NCBI GenBank assembly: GCA_051294905.1
Contig: CM119371.1
Span: forward strand, 17,920,001 to 17,984,000
Direction of reading: 5' to 3'
Length of the DNA: 64,000 nucleotides
Source of the DNA: Botryllus schlosseri
Taxonomy: Eukaryota
In this document: in pieces, positions 52,866 to 64,000 of the stretch
Layout: the number at the start of each line of letters is the position of its first letter
Position numbering within the stretch: position 1 is the stretch's first letter
Made by a program: the position numbers and the translations under genes
Notes under the pieces: model-generated
Told to the model about the DNA's origin: nothing
The model's database searches: none
The model's input: only the letters and a program-made list of their open reading frames with translations

Positions 52866-55858
52866 GTTGCAACTGTGAATCGTACCAGTACACTATATAC
52901 AGGGGTGTCGCAGGCTGTCTTTAACTGTACCACAATTTTGAGGAGCTAAATCTCTTGCATTCCTCATAACGAATACGCAGGGAAACGCCAGATCACAGAG
53001 AGTGGCGAGATAGCGCATTGGTATAATCCGCAGCAGCAAGACCAACAGGTGCGGGTGCGAGATCGGTACCAGAATTCGTACCTCAGCGTTGAAGGTTTAT
53101 CTATGCTCCTCCTCGCCACCTCATCTGCGTAAGCGGTATCTTACAAAAAGCTTAGAAGTGTGACGTGCTATATTTGAGTTTGATATGCCTCTGCTTTACA
53201 GTGTATATGTTGAAACGAAATGTTATTACTACGTTGTATCTCGGAAGCGAAGAACTTCTACCTTAGCTACGTTTAGCCCCAACTCATTAATGTACAATGA
53301 AATCCAAAGGATCGATGAGATGAATGAATAAATGAATCTGTCAATCAATCAATAGATCAGGGGTGACCTACCTGCGGCCGTAGAAGGAAATTTATACGGC
53401 CTTCGACACGTAGTTCAATTAGCATGTGTTGGCGGCCGTAGACATGCAATTTGAATTTACTAATTGACTCTCTAATTTTTGAGAGATTTTAATTATTCTT
53501 GAAATTTTCTTCGCGCTGCGTGCGAGTCAATGTGACTTCATTTTTCGATGTTATTATAGTAGCGCCCTGTGCAATCTGAGCCCCACAGACCACAGTACAG
53601 ATGCGAACAGCATAGGTAAATGATGCCCCCCCCTCCATATAGAAATACACACTCGGAATCGTGTCCTCTCCACTATACCTACATTCCTGATGGTAGGCCA
53701 AGAAATAACAGCACGAGACAAAGTGGTTAATAACCATTGGCCCAACAAAGATGGATCATCTTTTATCGATTGCCCCAAATTTTCGAAAATACCCTCTCCA
53801 TCAACTCTACCGGTGAATCTGATCACGTGGGCTGAGAAAGGATAAATGTATTATAGTGATATGTTAAACTACTGATATTAATGACGAAATTCATTACTGA
53901 ATCTGAAAAAAATTGCGTTGCGCGTGAACATAACAAATGACATACTATGACCACTCGCGATTTCGGCGCGTATAGTAAATCGATGTCATTGAATAGTTTA
54001 GTCGGACGATTGCTACATTTCGGGGGCGAAATAAAATACCAGACAGGCACGTGTGATTAGTTCAACGAGCACGTATGCGGCGATAATGCTAGAGCTCACA
54101 TAGTTCTGTGTCCCCTGGTATACTCACCCACTTGTCTGCATTGCGTACAAGACATCCCCCACATTCTCTGGGCAGATCGACCTCTGGATCCAATGAATAC
54201 CATGCAAGTATTATCTAAATAGAGTTCAAAATGTATTAGAAGAAGTTTCGACTTTCCTATACCTAGGCTATATGCGTCCTAGTAACTGTAGCCAGTCATG
54301 GTCCATTGATGTAGAATTTTATACGAGCCTATAGAAGTAAAATATGCGTCATTCGTTAATGAGCATGCAGAGATGTAGCAATACTGACACCAGGATTGAC
54401 TTGACTGCTGCTCTTTTAGATTAATTAGGTCTACTGTTACATCTTATAATGCCTACTCTCGTTGGTTTGAATATGTGTGTATGAATATATGTTTCAGCAA
54501 CAACATGCGAATATAAATCAGTGATTCTGAATCGTTCTCGCTTAACGAACCATAGTTTGCTTCGAGTCTCAAAATTTATATGAAGACCGAAGACAAATAT
54601 TTAGCGTTACCATACGTCCTCTTTTAAGAGCATTTGTCCAGTCTTTTTTGACTTTTTTAAAAGTATCCTCGAGGGACGCTTAAATGTCCTCTTTTTGAGA
54701 ATTCTGGTGGCATACACGGTAATATTCGACTGAGATACAGTATATCAGCTCTGAAGTACGCTCGGGCGGCAATTTCGGGAGCTGGGGCGGAAAGTTGACT
54801 TCTTTTTAGTCAACCGACCAGGAAGTGCAGAAAAGTTCCCATTTTGTCAGGATTTCTCTCAGGTTGTTTGCGATTGCGCATGTTCTTTTCTATCCTTCAT
54901 TTGAGGTCGTTTTAGAGGAATCAGTTAGTCTTTCAACTGTCCTTGTATTCCATGTTTCTACTAGTTGTATTTGTACGATTTTAGTGATTTGATTGTTTGA
55001 TTACTGTTTTAAATTGTCTTTTTTTCGCCAGTTTAAATTGCCGAATCTTGCTTGCATTAGCATTTTTGTACTTCTAACAACGGAATCTCAAGTCTACATT
55101 ATTCTTCGACTGGGGTCATTTGGTTGGATTAAATAGAATACCAGACTGATCCTCAGGTCAATCCTCAGGTTTGCCTAGTCCACGGTAGCAGATTTTAGTG
55201 CAGCAGACAGGATTCGACGCCTGGTAAATCGGCAACATACGGGGTGGGCAACATACGGCCCATGATAATGTGGCCCGCCTGCCCCAGTCTTCCGAGATTC
55301 CCCACTACTTGCTCACATACATTTTAGTGATTGTATGTTTTTATACACATGTATGCACACTGCACAGCGAGCGAGGGTGGAGCTTACGCGCAAGTTCGTC
55401 GAAGCCAGAAGACTTGCATCGGCATTTACGATGTACTGAACCCTAATGTCATTTGTGGTAATAATGGTGTTTGTCGACGACAATGGTCATTTACACCAGG
55501 CCGATATTTCTTATTTTTGATTCCGTAACCGTCGACTTGTAGCACGGCGCACACTTCTATGCTTTTGTGAGACACCGATTATGCCAGGTGTCGCCAACTG
55601 AAAACGGGTCGCGGGCCAATTTCAAATTTCGAGACCACGGCCCGCATAAATTCAATATCGAGATAAACAGGCCGCACAGTTTAACAACCACGCTATCTCG
55701 TCACCTACTTAATCCTAATGCATTGATATCTTGGTAAATTTGTGGTACCGGGCTTATTGAACGCCTTGAAATCTTGATGAAGGATTGCACCGTGTGTTGA
55801 TTGATCAGAGAGAAGCAGACATGGTGGTACCTGTATGACAGGGGTGGTACCTGTATGA

Positions 55859-56537
55859 CAGGGGTGGCCAACCTGCGACCGTAGAAGCAAATTTGTGCGG
55901 CCGTGGACACGTAATTCAATTAGTAGGTGTTGGCGGCCGTCGACGTGGAATTTGAATTTACGAATTGACTCCCAATTTCTTGAAATATTTTAATTATTCT
56001 TGAAAGTTTCTTCGCGCAGGGCGCGATTCAATGCGACTTTATTTTTCGATTTTAATATAGTTGCGCACTTTGCAATCAGAGCCCCACAGCACAGTTGCAA
56101 ACAGATGCGCCACATATAGAAATACCAACTCATAATCGTGTTCTCCTCACTATACCGACAATCCAGACGGGAGGTCAAGACATGCAAAGAACAGCATGCA
56201 ACAAAGTGACTAATAATAATTGGCCTGCCCTGACCGACCCTCAACCAACTCTACCGGTGTATCTGATCACATGGGATGAGAAATAATATGTAGAACTACT
56301 AATTTTCATGACGAAATTCATGAATGAGTCTGAAAATTTTTTCGCGCTTGGCGCGACTAGGAACAGCCTACATTATTTAATATATTAGTACGGAGTTCGC
56401 CGGAAATGGACATAGACACTTTAACATGAGTATTTGGCGTCCTGCTAGTTCATTACGACTATTCCCTGGAATGCGGCCGTAGGCTACATGAGTAGTCGAA
56501 ATGCGGCCGCGACTGGCAAAACGATTGGCCACCTCTG
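55859..56537. mobile_element. hAT MITE; relatives at about 53358-53920 and 9330-9560
   Basis: CAGGGGTGGCCAA...TTGGCCACCTCTG; TSD CTGTATGA. Confidence 0.8.
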
Positions 56538-56817
56538 CTGTATGAGAGTGCGGTTTCTTCCTTGTATACGTGGATAAATAGGCGAATAATGTATCGATTC
56601 AGCAATCCGGCCCGCCAAGTACTTAATTTTCCTATATCCGGCCCGCCGACTTGGAGAAGTTGCCCGCCCCTGCATTAGATCGAAGTGTCGCGTCGAAACA
56701 ATTCGCACTAAGGTTGTCCGGAATCAATTCGCCATAGCGCAGGCATTCAGTCTACATTCAGGACCCTGCTGCCCATCATGGATTGATCGCCTCTGCTCCG
56801 CATCGAATCTGCTACAT

Positions 56818-58504
56818 CAGTGGTTCTCAACCTTTTTGGCTTCGCGGACCCCTTTTGACCGTCACGGACCCTCGCGGACCCCCTCAAGTTTTAGTTCAAT
56901 TTTAGTGCTATTATGGTGCAACCTTCATATCTGTCTTGTGCAAATATGAACTGTAGGCTTGTGATAACCAGCAAAATAATGATTTTTCTTGAAAATAACA
57001 TCATACTATTTATGTAGAAATTGGTAGACTTTTGTTATTTCAAAGCTAATTTTGCTGCTGTGTTTCTTGAAATACGTGGTCTAATCCTGGAAATCCGCGT
57101 CTTCGTTTTGATATGAACGAGGAGTGCCGAAAACCATTTCGGCTAAGATAGATGGAGGCTAATGCAATGTTTACGCATAACGCATCCGACGATACTTTTG
57201 GTGTGATCGCAACATTTATAGCACCAAAATGAAAAAAACGATCGAGATAGTGTAATGGTTGTGCGTCCGGCTTATCGATCGGTAGGTTGTGGGTTCGATC
57301 CCCGGCCGGGTCAGACCAAAGACTCGAAAACTGGTATCCGCGGCTATCCTGCTAGGCGCTCAGCAATCACGGATAGCATGGAGGAGAAAAAACCGGGGGT
57401 GCAGACTAGATGACCTTACTATAAAGGCCGTATCGCACCTCCGTCGTCAAAGCATCTATGGTGCAGGCGAAAAAGAATACCATATCTCTCTCTCTCTTAT
57501 GAACATATCATGTCCAGCATCTAGCGCAGGGACGGGCAACATACGGACCACGGGCCGGATTCGGCCCGCAGAGAGTTTCTATCGTAAAAGTGAAATCCTA
57601 ATCTAAAAGTATCGACAAATTTTATGCGCCAATGAATGGATCGAAGTTTTCCAACCTAAGAAAAACTGTCCTGAAACGACTTGTTCTGTTCGGGTTTACA
57701 TATTTATTTAAGAGCAAACATTTTCGACCATCAACAATTGAACATTAACAAGACTAGGCTGCATACCAATATAACTGGTGATATGAATTTCAGAGTTGGA
57801 GCGTAATGCTTCGATAGCGATGAAACACTCCTTGTTCATCGAAAAAACTAGCCTTGTCGATAGGGCATCCGCAATAAGAATGCGCCAAATATGATAGCCG
57901 AGCTTTAAGAGCAGGTATATCATTGTCCGATTTATGACGAGTGTAAGCCAAAAATATTCGGGTTCATTTCAATATGAATATACTATCCAATTGTATATTG
58001 AAGTTCTGTACCTCCAAGAAGCCGTTCAAATACTGGTTATGTATATCACAGGATAAAGTGGAGTAGTGGCGAGGTTTCAATCCCTGCATTGAGACAAATA
58101 GGTTCGGAAATTTTTATTTCAAACGACTGTACACTAGTTTGATGAGACTGACAACTTCAAATGGAGAAGGTTTCGAAGACATCGCGAAGTCACCTTGATT
58201 ACCGTTGCTATCTCCATATTTTTATTTTTTCCACAAACCCCAACACAACGTTTTTAAACAGCAATGTGTTTGTATCAACAGGTTAATGGAAAATTAGCAA
58301 TGAAAATGAATTTCCACATCACGATAGTTTATGACAAACGATTATTCTGATGATATGAGTCACGAGGTTTTAGCAGTTGTGGTGCGAAACTGCCTCATAC
58401 TTTCTCAAATTAAAAAAAAAATTAGGTTTTCAACCATTTAAAAAATTTAGAGGTCTCGCGGACCCCCTGAAATTGCGTCGCGGACCCCCGGTTGAGAACC
58501 GCTG
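56818..58504. mobile_element. hAT non-autonomous element with nested SINE and fragments
   Basis: TIR CAG(T/C)GGTTCTCAACC; TSD TGCTACAT. Confidence 0.8.
57243..57500 (+). mobile_element. tRNA-derived SINE family 2 (related copy about 47690-47850 -)
   Basis: A-box-like TAGTGTAATGG, B-box GGTTCGATCCC, followed by CCGGGTCAGACCAAA...CTGGTATCC shared with the second copy. Confidence 0.65.
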
Positions 58505-60139
58505 TGCTACATCTTATGGTGTTACAAAGTTGAATGCTGTCAGAGACGCCTCAACTATTACGACGATGAATTCAACTTCTCCGATGGTCACGGATTTTGC
58601 CAACAGTGACGTTTCTTCCGACAGTGATCACCGTCATCAATCACTTGGGTAAAACGTTCGCGTTGGAGCCGCATTCGATTCTCCGTCACACTAACGTGCT
58701 CAACACTCGTAGAGCTGCCGGACGCCTCTTTACCATTCAAGGTGGTTTATTCTCGTCACTATAGCAGACTTGCTGAAAGCCTCCGTACGATTGAATGTGA
58801 TTTATTCTTATCAATAGTATAGATTTGCTGAACGCATGTCTGCCATTTAATGTGATTGGTTCTCGCCAGTAAGATTGCTGAACGCTGCTTTACCATTCAA
58901 AGTGAATTATGGAACGTTCGTGTTATCGGAGGTTATAGCCAGGGTTGCCATACCGTCCTTATTTCTAAGATTTGTCCTTATTTTGAAGGGCCACGTCTTA
59001 GAAAACTTAACTGTCCTTATTTCTAAGAAATGTCCTTATTTTCGACTTGCGTCCTTGTTTTGTCTTATTTTCAACCACTACAGAACTTCGAAAGTTTCCC
59101 TCTGGTATCTGTGTTGCATAATATTCTGAAATTATGCTTTTGCGTCGAGATGTTATGACATCATAAAGGAAATGAACTCTCGTGACGTACACATTATAAG
59201 ATTTGACTTCCAAGTGGTGAGACATCAAAGGCAGTGAGTGGTTTCGTCTGTACAAAGCAGTGGCGGCTCGTGACAATATCGGGTGGTGGGGCAAGGGCTG
59301 CAAGCGACTTTTATCAAGATGACGTCACAATGGCGTTTTCCAACGTAAACAAGTAACTTAATGATGGTACGGTAACATGAATTTCCCGGCAACAGTGATT
59401 TTAACGTATGTGCCACGAGAGGTCTGCTGGTGAGCTGTGACTTGAAGTGTGGTAACTGCGTAAACGGCGTACGGAACAAAGATTCAACACGGTTCATGTT
59501 CGCATTAGACCTGACTAATTATCTGCAGAAATGGAAATGACTATAACTCGAGAGATAGCGTAAGCCTAATTGGAAAGGTCAACGAATTCGGACAGATACG
59601 CAATTGGTATCTCATAGATTGGGCCTGTCCTATTGAATCCAACATCATTCTAAAGAACTAAGAATAGCAGCCTCGGAAATTTGGTCTCGGTAGTCGGTAC
59701 AGCATAAGAGATTTTGGCCTTGAAACTGGAGACTGTAACACGACACATACGTTTTTATTACTGTCTTATAGGTCTGCTGCGAAATCGCCTTTGGAAAATA
59801 TATTACCGAATAAATACGTGGATGAAAGCCTTAAACTTGGTACACTGTTACATGACATTATCGAGAAGTGGCCTCATGGCCCTTTTCGGTATGGTACACT
59901 TTCAAAATTAATGCGAACAGACCAACACCGAATTTTGCGTAAAATTTACTGAGGAATAGGCTGATCAAGTGATCAGCTGTTAGCCGCCATCGAAAACGAA
60001 ATAACTATCGCGCTTGACAGGGGGTTGTAAGCAAATGGCTTGAAGGCCACAATTTCACGGTGAAATTGACATTGGAGAATATAATATCAAAGTAAATATT
60101 TGAATGCAAACTGAGAATGATACTATCATCTCAGTTAAC

Positions 60140-63100
60140 GTTACCGCAGATACACCGGCTTTTGCGTGAAATCCGCAATGTGTTGTAGGCTAAAGTGTCA
60201 GATCGGAGCACATCTTTACCACACTCGACCTTGATAACGAAATTACTGCCCTAATCATTGAGTGTCAACCTTGAGACTTGGCACAGCGTTCGATAATAAA
60301 CTCAAGACATACCGTGCAAAAGCTTATGACAGATCTAGGTAAGGAGCATCGTTAAAATCAATAGAGACCAATACCGGCTTTGCGTATAATCTGTTAGCGA
60401 TAAATGACTAGTCAGGTCTCACTCGAATTAGGAAGTCAAATTACCACTAACACAGTTCAGTGACAAACTTAAAACTTGGTACAGCGTTCGATACTAACAT
60501 TAAGACTTGCCGTGCCAAATGTCATAACCGATCTCGGTATTGAACATCGTCAAAACCAATGGATACCAATACCGGCTTTTGAGTAAAATCTGTTTGCGAT
60601 ACATGACGGATCAGCACACACTCAACTTCGGAAACGGTATTACTACCCTAAACTTTAAGTAGAAACCCTGAAACTTGGGGCAGTGTTAAATACCACCATC
60701 ACGACATGACAGAACAAGTTTCAAGAGTTTTCATGGTGTGAAACCCCATTAAAATCGACCTATACCAGCAAAGGTCGACTAAACGCAGATGACGGTAACA
60801 GAGTTCAGCTATAGATACGATTGTTACATCACACCTTAAGGGCACAGAGCTATCGTGCCCCGGTTGCTCGGTAATTTTATGAATAGGAGAGAGTAAATCA
60901 CCGTTTCTTTATTGTGCGCGGCTTTGAGAGAATAGACAGTGAAAGCTTGTTATGAGCGCTACCGGGGCAAGCCCCGGCAGTAGTTAGTATGATCGCTCGT
61001 GACCTGGCAGGGGCTCTTATGGTGCGGTCGCACATCGTATGGAAAACTCGTGGTGGCACATCGTACTTTTTGACCCCCCTCTCGGTCGCACATCGTAACG
61101 CGTTCTTATGGGTGCGCTCGCACATCGTACTTTCAGGTATAGGCATCTGTCGCATATCGTATTGAAAACTCGTGTTGGCACATCGTACTTTTAGGTATAG
61201 GCATCTGTCGCACGTCGTACTTTCACATGTCGTATTTCGCGTATAGGCAGTGGTGGTGATTCCCAATGTGTTCTTATGGGTGCGTCGGCATATCGTACTT
61301 TCGGGTATAGACATCTCTCGACTGGTGTTGAATATGTATCAAGTAAATAGTCACGTGATTGACTCTTAGTTAATGTGTATATCCCAAATTATTATATATG
61401 ACCGATTCGAGTTAATCCCAACGTTTACGGTGAATGTGACTTCAATATATCGTTATTCTTATGGACACGGCGGTGATTCGTACTTTCGGTTATAGACTGC
61501 GGGCGGCATGTCGTACTTTCACCAAAAAGGGTGTGAAATAGTTTGCTAAATCTAGGAATCAGTCGCTTGGTAATTAGTTTACCACAGAGCCGGCGTAGAC
61601 GGCGATTCGAATACCAACAATAACCGCGTTCACAAACTAACACTCCAAAAAGGTGCGAAATATTGGTAAAATCCCGCGATCGCTCACAAGATAATACCTA
61701 AGACATAACCATCGCTCGCGACTCGCTGTTACATACATGCCGATCGTTGACAATGTAATATTTTGGTAATAAGTTTGTCACATAACTGGCGTAGACGGTG
61801 ATACCAACAATAGCCGCGTTCACAAACTAACACTTCAAAAAGGTGTGAAATAGGTTGCAAATCCCACGATCGCTCACGAGATAACACCTAAGACATAGCC
61901 ATCCCTCGCAACTTGTTGTTACATACATTCCAATCGCCACAATGTAATATTTTGATAATCAGTATGTCACGGAACTGGATTTCACTGGTAACATTTAATA
62001 AGTAACGAATAACAGAACCGTCGCAGACGGTGATTCGAATACCGACAAATTCTCACTTATTTCTGATCCAACCCTAATCCTCTGTGAAGTTGAGGCTTAT
62101 TCGAAAAGGTGTGAAATAATTGTAAAACCCTACGTCGCTGACAGGATAATGCATCAGACATAGCGATCTAGTTATAGCATGGTCGGGATCCATTCGGGTT
62201 CTATAGGTAAATCCAGATAATCCAAAATGAAATATTTGGACTTTGGCGTAGTGTGAATTGAAATAGGATTGACAAACAAGACTACCAAATTTCAACCCGG
62301 TCATATTTAGAGATTATACACATATTGATTTGAAACAAGTAATGAAACCTTACAACTCTATTCACGATCCGGCTTTCCGTTTGTCAAAGAGACATTTTAA
62401 CATCTTACCATACTCAAAAGAATTATTCATAATATCAACCGGTGTTAAAAATATAGTTTTCACTTACTTGATTATACCACTACAATTCACAAACTTGAAT
62501 TAATTCATCCTGGTTGTATTCGTATGATCGGTCTTTTTTATTCAATTGTAAAGGTTGTTACTATTCTGAAGACAAAGTATTTACTAATCGCTGCATATAC
62601 GATTCGACTTGAACATATTATATTTTGAGTATACGAGATTTGAATGTCTGAACAATAACTGACTAATAATTTATCACAATTAAATCCGTATATTACAGCG
62701 TAAAAGATATTTGAACGTCAGCAACTCTGTACGGTCATAGTTACTACCACTAATTTACCCGGCCAACTCGTCATGATCATTCCTGAAATCTACACAAACA
62801 TGACCACTGACTAGAGTTAACCACAAAATAGCATCGAGTTTTAAATCCAGTTGTAGCTTACGTATTATTTGAATGCGGGTTATGTTTTGTTATAATTGGG
62901 TATACGGATAAAGTATTAGGGCTCGACATTTTAACATTTTGCCATACTCAGTCAATCAGGAAAACATTGTCAAGTAAATCCGTTACCCGACCAACTCAAC
63001 AATATCCTTATGAAAAGTAGACAAGACTACGCGAGTAATCACTAAAACCTAAAATCCATAACAAGTTCGGTTTTACTCATATCCCTACGACGCATCATTT

Positions 63101-64000
63101 TTATTCTGCAAGACAAACTAATTACTACTCGGTATATTTTGTAAGACAAAAGTAATTACTCTTCGGTACAGGGGACTTGAGCTTAACATAATATGTTTGA
63201 GTATATGAGATTTGAAAGGTCGAGCAACGTAGTTAAGAATTCATTTCTTATACGATCAAACGCCGGTGTTACATCGAAAGTTATCATGCTGTAAACATAA
63301 GGATTGACACATTGATTTGACATATGTAATAGTTGATCATGACTTGATTATTAAATTATTCGCGTTAATTAGACCCGGTGTTGTGGTAAAGGTTATTATG
63401 ACAGCAACAAACTTTTCACTACCGTGGTTATTAACATATTGATTTGTAAAACTATACTTGTCTGAAATGTTCTTGATTTGAAAGATATTCCGTGTTGGTA
63501 CAAATCACTCTGCGTATTACGGATATCAGAAAATATTTTTACAAATGTAGTTGTTTCCAGTAACCAAGACTAAAGATGACACAACAATTTCGTTATTCAA
63601 ACATTGAACACCCGATGCAAAATGCTTTATTGGTCAAATTCGCAACGGGTAATTGAAACGACTAAGTGTAGAGTCAGTATATCACAATATCGTTACTATT
63701 GAATCCAGCAATTGATACGATTTATTGTCGGGATTTGTGATAGTACATTGAAACATACACAACTTACAGAGTGTGAAAATATCACTTTGTGTATCGAGTA
63801 CCGTTTGAAGCGTGCGATCAATACATAATTCCGTTCGCACTCTCTAAGACGTTGTGAAGTCTACAGATTTACACTTCAAGACTTTGATCAACACAGAAGC
63901 AATTTGGAATATCTTTACTGGACGCATCCTATTCTACTAGACTTGAGTAATACACAAAACTCATAGCATTAACAAAATCGCAATAGGCGCTACACTGAAA
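60140..64000. repeat. Block of several degenerate tandem repeat arrays
   Basis: Units of about 200 bp sharing ATACCGGCTTT (60150, 60371, 60569); short CATCGTACTTT units (61030-61320); a pair of about 190 bp (61590, 61787); further diffuse repeats to the window end. Confidence 0.6.

Larger units (their letters stand above)
45952..54214 (-). pseudogene. GT10 fucosyltransferase copy 2, probable pseudogene or partial duplicate (exons 54128-54214, 51034-51107, 49189-49305, 48026-48535, 45952-46216)
   Basis: Five exons have the same lengths and splice sites as copy 1 exons 2-6. The exon 4/5 junction reads TG|A (stop) where copy 1 reads CG|A (Arg). No exon 1 homologue was seen up to 64000. Confidence 0.75.
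45660..54860. repeat. Segmental direct duplication of about 1-12990, introns included
   Basis: Collinear exon and intron similarity read by eye. Each copy carries its own TE insertions. Similarity ends inside a MITE near 54860. Confidence 0.85.

Noticed and set aside
60898..61314. 138-aa repetitive ORF
   Set aside because: Translation of a short tandem repeat; no splice or domain support.

Overview
Intron-rich, transposon-dense animal genomic DNA; not prokaryotic. An invertebrate, possibly an ascidian, is inferred from the gene families and is not proven. Two gene duplications sit here. (1) A 6-exon GT10 alpha-1,3/4-fucosyltransferase on the minus strand (248-14125; GT-AG junctions all in phase, 421 aa). 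A diverged direct copy lies about 46 kb away (45952-54214). That copy lacks exon 1 within the window and has a TGA stop that appears only after splicing. (2) Between them is a head-to-head pair of LDLa-repeat GPCR genes with an LGR/RXFP-type 7TM but no leucine-rich repeats. The minus copy (27432-35404) is broken by a CACTG-ended transposon, stops and frameshifts. The plus copy (39239-42093) is split by one frameshift at the ectodomain/7TM hinge. The rest is mainly hAT-type elements and MITEs with readable 8-bp TSDs, often nested, plus tRNA-derived SINEs, an RTE-like LINE fragment and degenerate tandem repeats. The most unusual structure is a 2.4-kb hAT element built from two inverted copies of its own 3' end (arms of about 690 bp) with an intact TSD.
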